Shown here one piece after another: positions 9,169-18,106 of a DNA stretch of 64,000 nucleotides. This stretch comes from Escherichia phage vB_EcoM_ESCO8: sequence record OM386653.1; one strand, 5' to 3'. The position numbers and the translations under genes were made by a program. The notes under the pieces are model-generated. The model was not told the DNA's origin and searched no databases. It saw only the letters and a program-made list of their open reading frames with translations. Positions within the stretch are counted from its first letter, which is position 1; every line of letters begins with the position of its first letter.

Positions 9169-9831
9169 ATGAAGTTTGTACTGTATCATCGACTTTCTAA
9201 GAAGAAACAACAAGGCAACCAGTATGGTATAGAATCACAGGAAGCAGATATTCAACGCTTCCTGGATTCACAAGAAAATTATACTATTGTAGGTAGCTTT
9301 GCAGAGTTTTATTCGGGTAAAGGCGATTGGAAGCAACGTAGAGAGCTTGTAAAAGCTGTTAATCTTTGTAAAGAAACAGGTGCTACACTTGTTGTTGCTA
9401 AGGTTGACCGTCTTGGACGTAACACAGCCTCTGTTGCAACCTTATTAGAGATGATTAATGTACGAATAGCAACTATGCCCTCCGCTGAAAATATGATAAT
9501 AAATATTTTAGCAGTTCTGGCAGAAGAAGAGGCTCGTGCAATATCTGATCGTGTTAAGAAGAGCCTTAAGGTAGCAAAAGCGAAGGGAACGCTTCTTGGT
9601 GCAGCAAACCCTAAATACAAAAGAACAGATTATACGAAAACGGAAGAAGCAAAACGCTCAAAAGAGTTTGCGCTTTCTTTAAAAGATTCTTTAGTTGCAT
9701 ACAGAGCTTGTAAAACGCCATATATGACGATTGCAAAGCATCTGAATGAATCAGGAAAGAGAACTATTCGTGGGAGTTTGTTCGATGCCAAAGCGGTACA
9801 ACGTCTTTGTGCAAAATTGAATATTAAATAA
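9169..9831 (+). CDS. small serine recombinase (resolvase/invertase family)
   Basis: 220 aa; YHRLS (catalytic Ser position), VVAKVDRLGRN, AVLAEEEARAISDRVKKSLKVAKAKG match resolvase catalytic-domain blocks; C-terminal helix-turn-helix-like tail. Confidence 0.7.
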   Translation: MKFVLYHRLSKKKQQGNQYGIESQEADIQRFLDSQENYTIVGSFAEFYSGKGDWKQRRELVKAVNLCKETGATLVVAKVDRLGRNTASVATLLEMINVRIATMPSAENMIINILAVLAEEEARAISDRVKKSLKVAKAKGTLLGAANPKYKRTDYTKTEEAKRSKEFALSLKDSLVAYRACKTPYMTIAKHLNESGKRTIRGSLFDAKAVQRLCAKLNIK

Positions 9832-9840
9832 GGAGGAAAC

Positions 9841-10044
9841 ATGGTAGTTCAATCTTTTGAGGAGACTGTTAAAAAACAATTCCTATCGAAGCGAGCGATG
9901 GTTGAATTTTTGCATTTTCTCGAAGTAGATAGGGTACTTATTGAGACTACACCAGATGGTAACTGGCAAGTCTCGTATATTGCCACCAGGCATATCGTAG
10001 ACAGTACGAAAGAAGAAAGTTCGGAAGTTACGGTTGCTAGTTAA
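9841..10044 (+). CDS. hypothetical protein (67 aa)
   Basis: ORF track; aaggaggaaac RBS. Confidence 0.4.
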   Translation: MVVQSFEETVKKQFLSKRAMVEFLHFLEVDRVLIETTPDGNWQVSYIATRHIVDSTKEESSEVTVAS

Positions 10045-10055
10045 AGGAGTTAAAT

Positions 10056-10628
10056 ATGCGTTTAGCTTTTAACGGGAAGATAAGCACAGCAAACATATTA
10101 TCAGCCATAGGATTATTAGGTAAAAAATTCACACCTTTCAGTTTACCTGTTTGTGTAGATTTTGATCATGTATTTGATATTAATAATCCTTCACGTTGTA
10201 TCGCCAGAAGTAATATTGATAACCCAAGTGAAAATCTGTTTTATATTACTAAACCATCCCAGGCAATTTTGAATCAATGGGAAGCAGGTCTGATTAAACC
10301 AGGTAAATATTTTGCATTACTACCTTGTAAATCATTGGCTATAGAGGACAGTCTAAACTATGCAAACAATCTTGTTGTTACAGCATTCATTGTCTCAGAA
10401 AAAGAAGAAACTGCGGCACTTGCAAACACTGTTAAATCTTTGTATGATGCTTTGGGTGTTACTTACACTACCTTCGTTTGTGAAGATATTCCACATTGCG
10501 TTGAATTCGTGGTGAATGGTGTAACTGTATGTCGTGTAGAAACAACTCAAGACGAAGACGTTTTTATTACTGTAGCCGATGTAATATCTGAACCTGTGTT
10601 TAGCTACGCAGTTTCATTAACACATTAA
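10056..10628 (+). CDS. hypothetical protein (190 aa)
   Basis: ORF track; aaggag RBS. Confidence 0.5.
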   Translation: MRLAFNGKISTANILSAIGLLGKKFTPFSLPVCVDFDHVFDINNPSRCIARSNIDNPSENLFYITKPSQAILNQWEAGLIKPGKYFALLPCKSLAIEDSLNYANNLVVTAFIVSEKEETAALANTVKSLYDALGVTYTTFVCEDIPHCVEFVVNGVTVCRVETTQDEDVFITVADVISEPVFSYAVSLTH

Positions 10629-10638
10629 GGAGAAGGGG

Positions 10639-10965
10639 ATGAAAATAACGACAGAACAGGCTTTAATAGACAAAGGAAGGGAAATCTTAGAAAGTCATTT
10701 GGAGGATATTCAAAGGACTCCAGGGTATCTCGGCTGGCGTATACAAGAAGCCGTCGATTTTCTACCCCGTAAAAATAAAGAGATTGAAGTAAGATCTCTA
10801 TTCCTCCTTGTTAAAGTAGATGGTGACGCTATATACAAAGATGTAGCGTCTCACATTGAACAAATAGAAGAAAAAGCCTACAAAGAATTTGCAGATCTTG
10901 TTGTAGAACATAATATAGAAGGTAAAGTTAATATCTTTATACTTATGGATTTTGAGGAGAGTTGA
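10639..10965 (+). CDS. hypothetical protein (108 aa)
   Basis: ORF track; aaggagaagggg RBS. Confidence 0.45.
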   Translation: MKITTEQALIDKGREILESHLEDIQRTPGYLGWRIQEAVDFLPRKNKEIEVRSLFLLVKVDGDAIYKDVASHIEQIEEKAYKEFADLVVEHNIEGKVNIFILMDFEES

Positions 10966-11708
10966 TGCTAGTATATCAAGAAATTAGTGTAAAAGATGAT
11001 CAAGACCTGTTTATTATTGGTGATTTACATGGTTGCTTTGATTTGTACCAGAAAGGTGTTAATACTTTAGGTATCCGAGATCAAGATGTTGTTGTATCTT
11101 TAGGAGATCTTACAGATCGCGGCAAGCAGAATTTTCGTTGTGTTGTTGAATTCACCAGAAAGCTAAATCGTTATGGTATTCGTGGAAATCATGAAGATAT
11201 GATGATTAAAGGGTTGCTAGAAGGTGATAGACGATATTACGAATGTTGGTTTCAGAACGGAGGCCATACAGTTCTAGACGAGTGTGGAGAAGAGGGTGCA
11301 ACTGCTCTTGCTTTGATGCTAGAAGATTTACCTGTTGTACTTGTTGTCAATTATCGTAATATGAAACTAGGCTTTATTCACGGTGGGTATCCTTCAGTTT
11401 TGGAACATTTACCAGTGACAGAAGTTTTGCCATTTTGTTTGAATATGAATAAAGAGCAAGTTTCTCGATTCACAGAATCTTTAATGTGGGATCGTGATAT
11501 GATAGATTGCGCACTTGAAGGGATTCTTCTTCCTAGAGTTTCAGGAGTAGATTATGTATTTCACGGGCATTCTTATGTTCCTAAACCTGTGATTAGCAGT
11601 AATAGGGTATATATGGACACAGGATCTTGCTTCAATGGTAATTTAACCTTTGCATATTTTGATGATTCAAATACGTTACAATTTTATTCTACTTTAGAGG
11701 AGGACTAA
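10962..11708 (+). CDS. Ser/Thr protein phosphatase (calcineurin-like metallophosphoesterase)
   Basis: 248 aa; GDLHG, GDLTDRG, GNHE metal-binding motifs in canonical order. Confidence 0.8.
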   Translation: MMLVYQEISVKDDQDLFIIGDLHGCFDLYQKGVNTLGIRDQDVVVSLGDLTDRGKQNFRCVVEFTRKLNRYGIRGNHEDMMIKGLLEGDRRYYECWFQNGGHTVLDECGEEGATALALMLEDLPVVLVVNYRNMKLGFIHGGYPSVLEHLPVTEVLPFCLNMNKEQVSRFTESLMWDRDMIDCALEGILLPRVSGVDYVFHGHSYVPKPVISSNRVYMDTGSCFNGNLTFAYFDDSNTLQFYSTLEED

Positions 11709-12028
11709 TGTATAAAATCACAATTAAAGAAACAGTAGGAGAACTTACGAAAGAAACTACTATTGAGACGGAAGATGTTGAGTTAGTCAAAGAGCTTTTA
11801 TTTCCAAAACCAGAAATAAAAGATAATGATGAACAGTTGGATGAAGATAATGAGACAGCAAGGGATAAATGGAAGAAACAACTAGCGGAGATTTGGAAAA
11901 AGCCTGAAGTAACTCCTCCATTTGATCCTCGTAGACCTTATAATCCTTGGGAAATTGGAAGCCCTTGGTTTACGTACCCTATCACTCCAATTGTTAATCC
12001 AATTGTTACTCCCAATATTACTTGTTAA
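11708..12028 (+). CDS. hypothetical protein, Pro-rich C-terminus
   Basis: ORF track 106 aa. Confidence 0.4.
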   Translation: MYKITIKETVGELTKETTIETEDVELVKELLFPKPEIKDNDEQLDEDNETARDKWKKQLAEIWKKPEVTPPFDPRRPYNPWEIGSPWFTYPITPIVNPIVTPNITC

Positions 12029-12038
12029 GGAGAAAACC

Positions 12039-12617
12039 ATGAGCGATTTATTCTACACAGGTGTTGGTAGCAGAGATATTACAGACGAAGAATGGGATAC
12101 TATGGTATCTGTTGCAAAATGGCTATCTACATGGTTCATTTTGCGATCTGGTAAAGCAGAAGGTGCAGATTCCGCATTTGAATGCGGGGTATATGATAGT
12201 GGGAACAATACAAAGAAAGAAATATACATCCCTTGGCTCTCGTTTAAAGGTAATGAAATAGAGGGAGAGGTTATTGTTCTTGACAGACCAGATAGTGTAA
12301 ACTATGCTTTAACCTTGCAATATGCAAAAGAATTGCATCCAGCTTGGGACAGATTATCTCAAGGTGCTAAAAAATTACATCAAAGAAATATCCACCAAGT
12401 TCTTGGAAGAGATCTTGAGAATCCAAAACCATCTTGTTTTCTTTTAGCTTGTGCAAATACAGATAAAAATGGAGATCCTTTAGGTGGTACAAGAACAGCT
12501 TGGATGTTGGCTAAAAAGTTTAATGTTCCTTGTTTTAATATTCGAGGTAAAAGTAAAAAACAAATTTTCGAATTTATTAAGCCTATTTTAGAGGAGAATG
12601 GTCTTGTCCAGAAATAA
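12039..12617 (+). CDS. SLOG-like (DprA/LOG/YpsA-type) Rossmann-fold protein, tentative
   Basis: Track ORF starts at 11922; ATG at 12039 after aaggagaaaacc RBS preferred. YTGVGSRD then LRSGKAEGAD resembles the GxGxR / SGxAxGxD SLOG signature. Confidence 0.4.
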   Translation: MSDLFYTGVGSRDITDEEWDTMVSVAKWLSTWFILRSGKAEGADSAFECGVYDSGNNTKKEIYIPWLSFKGNEIEGEVIVLDRPDSVNYALTLQYAKELHPAWDRLSQGAKKLHQRNIHQVLGRDLENPKPSCFLLACANTDKNGDPLGGTRTAWMLAKKFNVPCFNIRGKSKKQIFEFIKPILEENGLVQK

Positions 12618-13122
12618 TATAAGCGTCATTAAAGATAGCTTTATTGATGTAACAAACGATATTGTACCTACAATACAATATATAGTTGAGGCACAAGGTT
12701 TAAACTTTATACGTGATAAAGTTAAGATTGTTTTTCATAACACTCCAGGTTTTGTAACAGTGGGTTCAACAAAAACGCCGTGCTCTACAGATCTGATTAC
12801 TTTAGACAAAAACTTAACACAAGAAGAAGTAGAAATTCTTAACCTCTATTGGTTAGGTTTTAAAAGATACGAGGATACAGCTTTATCCAGAATGTCAACT
12901 ATTTTAGCTAATATTCTGGTTCGGAAAATTTCTAAAATATGGGATGAAGAAAACCCAGATGAAATAGTTTTACACTTTGCTAAACCGGAAGACGGGGCAT
13001 ATGATATAGACACATCTGAAATGGCTTATGGATTTATTATTTCTGGTAATGTATTACAGATGGAATCTTTATTGTATGTTGAGACAGTAAAACACAATAA
13101 CAACTACGAGGAGGTTGTATGA
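12598..13122 (+). CDS. hypothetical protein (174 aa)
   Basis: ORF track. Confidence 0.5.
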   Translation: MVLSRNNISVIKDSFIDVTNDIVPTIQYIVEAQGLNFIRDKVKIVFHNTPGFVTVGSTKTPCSTDLITLDKNLTQEEVEILNLYWLGFKRYEDTALSRMSTILANILVRKISKIWDEENPDEIVLHFAKPEDGAYDIDTSEMAYGFIISGNVLQMESLLYVETVKHNNNYEEVV

Positions 13123-13376
13123 AAGGTTTAGAGTTTAACTTTGTAGATGCGTGGGAAGGATGGGATGAACTAGGAGTAGGGGATTTATGTTTTTATGATG
13201 TTACCTTGAAGGAAGAATACAAACATCTAGCTCCTAGTGAAGATTGCGATGTGATTCTATCTATTCTGTTAAGTCAGTCTATAGTGCAATTCGATTTCTT
13301 AAAAGGTAGTGAATGTATTGAAAGTAAAGCATTCCGTTTAGAAGTTTCTCTTGGTGAAGAAGTTCCTGTAGAATAA
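13119..13376 (+). CDS. hypothetical protein (85 aa)
   Basis: ORF track. Confidence 0.4.
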   Translation: MKGLEFNFVDAWEGWDELGVGDLCFYDVTLKEEYKHLAPSEDCDVILSILLSQSIVQFDFLKGSECIESKAFRLEVSLGEEVPVE

Positions 13377-13380
13377 TATA

Positions 13381-13402
13381 AACCCGCTTCGGCGGGTTTT
13401 TT
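13381..13402 (+). terminator. rho-independent terminator (cccgcTTCGgcggg + T6)
   Basis: Hairpin with tetraloop followed by tttttt. Confidence 0.6.
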
Positions 13403-13403
13403 G

Positions 13404-13432
13404 TTGACAACACTAGTTTTTTCGAATAAACT
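13404..13432 (+). promoter_or_regulatory. sigma70-like promoter (TTGACA-N17-TAAACT)
   Basis: Perfect -35 hexamer immediately after terminator, upstream of 13459 CDS. Confidence 0.45.
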
Positions 13433-13458
13433 ACAGAAAAACAGAAGAGGAGTTTAGC

Positions 13459-13869
13459 ATGTATTATAGTGATTATTTTGTAAACCCAACAAAAGAACAA
13501 CTTCAATCAGCAGTGGATAAGATGCAGATTGTAGTTAAAGAATGTGAGAAAATAAGAAAACAACTACAAGAGGAGACTGTTGTTGTTAATAAATGGTTTG
13601 GTCTTAAGAAGAAAGTTGTTAGTAAACACAATATCATCCTTGAAAAAGCAAAAACGACAGGAACTAGTTACGCCTTACAAGCCTTGTTACTAAATTACAT
13701 TGATATAGAACAACATTCTCTTCTGCACTGTTGGCTTAACAGCCCTGGTATTGAGGATCTCTTGTTCTGGTTATCGTGTGAATCTGTACTTTTAAATGAG
13801 AATGAGGCTTACCGTTTAAACTTCTGCCTCAAGGCAGAATTACCAGCTAGTGTTAAGGAGAAGAAGTAA
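13459..13869 (+). CDS. hypothetical protein (136 aa)
   Basis: ORF track; gaggag RBS. Confidence 0.5.
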   Translation: MYYSDYFVNPTKEQLQSAVDKMQIVVKECEKIRKQLQEETVVVNKWFGLKKKVVSKHNIILEKAKTTGTSYALQALLLNYIDIEQHSLLHCWLNSPGIEDLLFWLSCESVLLNENEAYRLNFCLKAELPASVKEKK

Positions 13870-13871
13870 TA

Positions 13872-14861
13872 ATGAAAGTTTTAAGTCTTTTTGATGGTAT
13901 GTCAGGAGGAATGCTTGCGCTAAAAAGTGCAGGTATTGAAGTAGATACATATTACGCTTCAGAATTAGACAAATTTGCCGTAGCTGAAAGCCAAGCAAAT
14001 TTTCCAGATATTATTCAGTTAGGTGATGTTACAAAATGGAGAGAATGGGATATCCCGTGGGGAGAAATTGATCTTTTGTTAGGTGGTAGTCCGTGTCAAG
14101 GCTTCTCTTCTTCTGGTAAGGGTTTGAACTTTCAAGATCCGCGATCTAAGCTATTCTTCGAATATGTTGAAATTCTTGAACATATTAAAAAGTTTAATCC
14201 TAATGTTAAGTTCATGCTTGAAAACGTTAAGATGAAAGCGGAGTGGGAAAACGTGATCACAAGTTACTTAGGTGTTGATCCCGTATTCATTAACTCCGCA
14301 GATTTCACGGCACAGAATAGACAACGTTTATACTGGTGCAACTGGGAAATAAAACCCTGGGAGATTACCAATGAAGTGTTGCAAGATATCATTGAAGATG
14401 ATAGTATTGTAGACAGAGATAAGGCTTATTGCATAGATGCAAATTATGCCAAAGGTGGTAATATAGAACAGTATTTTGAAAAGAGTCGCAGACAACTGGT
14501 TTTTTATCCGGCAGCAATATATGGGCGTAGAATTAATGAAAATGGCAAACGTAGTACATCTAAAACTGATCGTTTGGTACATTGTTTGGAAGTTCAGGAC
14601 AGTGGAAAAACTCGTTGCCTCACAACTGTGCCTAAAGACGTACTATTAGCTTATATTCCACCTGGAAGATATCTAGATGCCTTTGAAAAATTAAGTGAAG
14701 GCGTACATTATAGAAAGTTAACGGTTAAAGAGTGTTGCCGCTTGCAAGGTGTGCCAGATGACTACTTTAAAGTGAGTAGTAACACACAAGCATATAAGAT
14801 GTTAGGCAATGGTTGGACTATACCTGTCATTGCACATATTCTTAAATGTATGGAGGAATAA
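13872..14861 (+). CDS. DNA cytosine-5 methyltransferase
   Basis: 329 aa; motif I LFDGMSGG, motif IV GGSPCQGFS, motif VI ENV, motif VIII QNRQR, motif X GNGWTIPV. Confidence 0.85.
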   Translation: MKVLSLFDGMSGGMLALKSAGIEVDTYYASELDKFAVAESQANFPDIIQLGDVTKWREWDIPWGEIDLLLGGSPCQGFSSSGKGLNFQDPRSKLFFEYVEILEHIKKFNPNVKFMLENVKMKAEWENVITSYLGVDPVFINSADFTAQNRQRLYWCNWEIKPWEITNEVLQDIIEDDSIVDRDKAYCIDANYAKGGNIEQYFEKSRRQLVFYPAAIYGRRINENGKRSTSKTDRLVHCLEVQDSGKTRCLTTVPKDVLLAYIPPGRYLDAFEKLSEGVHYRKLTVKECCRLQGVPDDYFKVSSNTQAYKMLGNGWTIPVIAHILKCMEE

Positions 14862-14983
14862 TGGAAACATTGTGGAAAGGCTGGAAGACTGCTGTGATAG
14901 CTTTTATAATTCCATTAACTTTTCTTGGTTGGTGTTTTTGGGAATTTATCTTTTGGTTAATTTCCCATATACATTGGGGGTAA
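14861..14983 (+). CDS. small hydrophobic peptide (40 aa)
   Basis: Not in track; ggaggaataATG overlapping dcm stop, stop abuts next ATG; one predicted TM helix. Confidence 0.35.
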   Translation: METLWKGWKTAVIAFIIPLTFLGWCFWEFIFWLISHIHWG

Positions 14984-14984
14984 T

Positions 14985-15593
14985 ATGACTCAAAAAGTTG
15001 CATATCAAGTAGATCGTGAAGATGGTGAAGGTAGTGTTGTAGTTTTTGATACACATGGTCTTGCAGCAAGACGCAAAGGTGCTTGTCTACTGGACATTGG
15101 TGGTGAAGATGAATACTGCACTGTACGTAGAGTAAAAGAATTTGATCAATATGCTGAAAAAGGTTTTGTACCCGTGAAAGCACTATTAGAAGCTGGATGG
15201 TGGATACCTAGTGCACATGATTATGATATTTTGGAAGATACAGATGAATTCAACAGTGAAGATTTTGTTTTTTCTCTGGATGAAAAATGTGTTTGGAAAA
15301 ACTGGGATGAAATGGAACGCCATGCTTATTTTATAAACGAAGCATTAGATCGTAAAACTTGGTTTGAAAATACAGTTAAAGCAGCGTATCCTCAATTTAC
15401 TTTTACACAGTTTTGGGGTGGCCCACATCATATTACTCATACAGCATATTTCGAGTTCCCAGGTTCACGTTATAAAGGTACTGTTTATTGGGATTGGGAC
15501 GAGAACAAAGAACCTTCTGCTCAAGATTTCCGTTGCTATGTTTGTCAAGGTGATCAAGAAGCCCTTGACAAGTACCTTAAAAGTCTGGTATAA
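14985..15593 (+). CDS. hypothetical protein (202 aa)
   Basis: ORF track. Confidence 0.5.
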   Translation: MTQKVAYQVDREDGEGSVVVFDTHGLAARRKGACLLDIGGEDEYCTVRRVKEFDQYAEKGFVPVKALLEAGWWIPSAHDYDILEDTDEFNSEDFVFSLDEKCVWKNWDEMERHAYFINEALDRKTWFENTVKAAYPQFTFTQFWGGPHHITHTAYFEFPGSRYKGTVYWDWDENKEPSAQDFRCYVCQGDQEALDKYLKSLV

Positions 15594-15608
15594 TCCGTAA
15601 AACTTAAC

Positions 15609-15632
15609 CAAAGCCCCAATCAGGGGCTTTAT
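15609..15632 (+). terminator. rho-independent terminator (gccccAATCAggggc + ttt)
   Basis: Hairpin after CDS stop. Confidence 0.5.
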
Positions 15633-15647
15633 TTGTGTGGAGGATAT

Positions 15648-16178
15648 ATGGGTTTTGATGATATGTTATTATATGAGGAGGCTTGTGTGAAAGAAGCTAT
15701 GGCTTTACCAGTTTTATCTATTGATATTACAACAGTAGACACTTTTTCAGATTGTGAAACGTGTGGATCGTATTCGTCTATTGTACATGAAGTTAGTGGG
15801 GATTTAGGCACTTACGAAGATGGAGATTATGCAAGTTGTTTAGGTGATAATCGAGATGGTGAAGTGGCGAATGTTGCAAACTGGATTGCTTCTAAGTTAA
15901 AAGAAAGAAATCGTCCGTTCCCTAATCTTCTTACACCAGAAGCTATGCTTAAAGCTGAACAAGAGATGTATGATTATGGTTATAAAGTAGATTATGACTA
16001 TAATGATCCTAAATATAAAAAATTGAGTGACAAGTATTGGGAACTAGCTAATGCTTATGATAAATACTACTCTACAGAAAACATTGTTAAATTGTTTTTA
16101 GATTTTGGAGTAGAAATTAATTGGGATTTCGAAGAGGAAGAGCGTTACGACGCATCTTCTTGGGATGATGATTACTAA
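15648..16178 (+). CDS. hypothetical acidic protein
   Basis: Track ORF from 15633; ATG at 15648 after ggaggatat RBS preferred. Confidence 0.5.
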   Translation: MGFDDMLLYEEACVKEAMALPVLSIDITTVDTFSDCETCGSYSSIVHEVSGDLGTYEDGDYASCLGDNRDGEVANVANWIASKLKERNRPFPNLLTPEAMLKAEQEMYDYGYKVDYDYNDPKYKKLSDKYWELANAYDKYYSTENIVKLFLDFGVEINWDFEEEERYDASSWDDDY

Positions 16179-16189
16179 GAGGATATTGA

Positions 16190-17002
16190 ATGCGAAGAGT
16201 AATTTTTGTTAGTGGCGCAGGTTTAAGTGCAGACAGTGGGATTCGAACGTTCCGAACAGACACAGATAGTGGTCGTGCCTTATGGGAAGAATATGACTTA
16301 GAAGAGGTCTGCGATATTGGAGCTTTCCAAGCAGGTTATCGTGTGAGAACATCTCCAGATCTTCCAGTGGTCGGTGGTGTAGACGAGAACGGTATGGACT
16401 TGTATGCCAAAACACACGAATTTTATAACAAAAGACGTGTTGAGCTTAAAGATGTACAACCTAATGCTGCACATATTCAAATAGCAAAGTGGTTTAAGGA
16501 ATATCCTAACCAAGTAGTAAACTTGACAACAAACGTCGATGATCTACTAGAGCGAGCAGGTGTGGACAGGGATTCTGTTATTCACGTGCACGGGTATCTC
16601 CCTGAAGTAGTTTACCGTATGCATCCTGGAGATTACAAAACACTGGTAGACATTGGTTACAATAGTATAAACATAGATGATTATAACTGGGTGAAGCCTA
16701 ATGTTGTATTTTTTGGTGAGGCTGCACCTTTGTATGCAGATATGGCTCACTTGTTTGATACTTTGACCATGCAAGATTTGGTTGTTGTAGTAGGATGTTC
16801 AAACCAAGTTATCAATTTTAATTGGGAATTATTCCCTGCACTTAATATGGGTACAAAAATGATTGTTGTTAACCCAGGAATTAATTACGAAGAAACTCTT
16901 CTTTACGAAGATAGAGGAGTCTTTGTTTACAGAGAAAAGGCAGCAGATGCTTTTAGCAATCCTGCTTTCATAAAAATGATAGAAGATCATTTGACTAAGT
17001 AA
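16190..17002 (+). CDS. Sir2-family (sirtuin-like) protein lacking the zinc-ribbon cysteines
   Basis: 270 aa; FVSGAGLSADSGIRTFR, TTNVDDLLERAG, HVHGY (catalytic His), VFFGEA and VVVGCS blocks in canonical order; no CxxC...CxxC module. Confidence 0.75.
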   Translation: MRRVIFVSGAGLSADSGIRTFRTDTDSGRALWEEYDLEEVCDIGAFQAGYRVRTSPDLPVVGGVDENGMDLYAKTHEFYNKRRVELKDVQPNAAHIQIAKWFKEYPNQVVNLTTNVDDLLERAGVDRDSVIHVHGYLPEVVYRMHPGDYKTLVDIGYNSINIDDYNWVKPNVVFFGEAAPLYADMAHLFDTLTMQDLVVVVGCSNQVINFNWELFPALNMGTKMIVVNPGINYEETLLYEDRGVFVYREKAADAFSNPAFIKMIEDHLTK

Positions 17003-17009
17003 CTTGACC

Positions 17010-17030
17010 AAGGGGCGAAAGCCCCTTTTC
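17010..17030 (+). terminator. rho-independent terminator (ggggcgaaagcccc + tttt)
   Basis: Identical hairpin to 5728-5741. Confidence 0.6.
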
Positions 17031-17045
17031 TTATAGGAGAATATT

Positions 17046-17303
17046 ATGACCACAGAACAAATCGTTAAAGACCATTTTATGATGCACTACGTTTATTACT
17101 TCAATAATAATCAACAGAAAGGTGAGGGATTTTGTTATCTATCCGCACAACAAGGTTTTGGTATCCGTCAAGCAGATATTAACGGGGCAGTGGCTGGAAT
17201 TACAAAAGGCTTGGTTGCAAACCTTAAAGATAATGTTGTTGTTGTCCCAACGTGCATCTCTTATCTCTCAACCTGCCCTGAAGAAGATTTTATGCATTCT
17301 TAA
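17046..17303 (+). CDS. hypothetical protein (85 aa)
   Basis: ORF track; aggag RBS. Confidence 0.4.
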   Translation: MTTEQIVKDHFMMHYVYYFNNNQQKGEGFCYLSAQQGFGIRQADINGAVAGITKGLVANLKDNVVVVPTCISYLSTCPEEDFMHS

Positions 17304-17370
17304 AACCTCCTGTAACGCATTCTAACGCACTTTTTATTTTAGTAATACGTTTCCCTATCTAATGCAAACA

Positions 17371-17405
17371 AAAGCCCCTAGAAGCGATTCTAGGGGCTTT
17401 ATTTT
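17371..17405. terminator. bidirectional terminator at convergence of plus and minus blocks
   Basis: aaaagccccTAGAAGCGATTCTAggggctttatttt: long hairpin flanked by A-run and T-run. Confidence 0.5.
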
Positions 17406-17478
17406 AGTCTTCTGTAAAATATCCTATGACAACAATGATAAAGATGATTAACACTACGATACTCTCTAATAAAGTCAT

Positions 17479-17700
17479 CTACAGATCTCGTTCATATAGT
17501 TCAATTATCAATTCATCCTCTGCTGTTATCGTACCAATTTGCCAAGTGTGAAGATAAACCTCTGTATAAGAGTGTATCTTACTATCTAACAAGCACAACC
17601 ACGTATTGTTGCTTACCTTTTCTTGAATATGAACCTTAACCACGAAAGGGTGAGGGTTATCTACTAAGAAACCAATACTACCTTCTACAACTACAGACAT
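17479..17700 (-). CDS. hypothetical protein (73 aa)
   Basis: ORF track. Confidence 0.45.
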   Translation of the reverse strand: MSVVVEGSIGFLVDNPHPFVVKVHIQEKVSNNTWLCLLDSKIHSYTEVYLHTWQIGTITAEDELIIELYERDL

Positions 17701-17747
17701 AATACCTCCTATTGTTTATGCTAAGACAAATAAAAACACACATACAA

Positions 17748-17772
17748 GAAAACCCGCCGGAGCGGGTTTAGC
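17748..17772 (-). terminator. rho-independent terminator (acccgcCGGAgcgggt)
   Basis: Hairpin followed by T-run on minus strand; same hairpin recurs at 44451. Confidence 0.5.
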
Positions 17773-17774
17773 TG

Positions 17775-18098
17775 TTATACAATGTGTTTTGTTTTAACGT
17801 GCGAAGATTTAAAAATCTTATTATGTAATGAAATACAACTATCACGGAACACATAGTAGTTAACAACATCTGGTTTATCAACACAGAGTGTAGCCACAAC
17901 TTTCATAGGTATAGATACATTCTCACGAAGAGTAATACTACCTTTCAAACGTTCAGATGAAATGTGAATCAAACCTTCTTTTTCATCAATGATAACTTCT
18001 TTAACATTTTTGAAATTATAACAAGAGTTGTCAACATAAGATACCCTTGCTTTTGTTTGCTTCTGTTTAGGACGAGAACCAGTGTTTATTTTTTGCAT
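17775..18098 (-). CDS. hypothetical protein (107 aa)
   Basis: ORF track. Confidence 0.45.
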   Translation of the reverse strand: MQKINTGSRPKQKQTKARVSYVDNSCYNFKNVKEVIIDEKEGLIHISSERLKGSITLRENVSIPMKVVATLCVDKPDVVNYYVFRDSCISLHNKIFKSSHVKTKHIV

Positions 18099-18106
18099 AG
18101 TTTTCC

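Noticed and set aside
9169-9831. Serine recombinase as evidence that the window is an integrated prophage
   Set aside because: The surrounding genes (lysozyme e, nrdB/D/G, PhoH, early small-gene blocks, PeSL cassettes) are typical of a virulent T4-type genome, and no attachment-site-like repeats, tRNA target or bacterial flanks are visible. A small serine recombinase more likely acts as a local invertase or resolvase.
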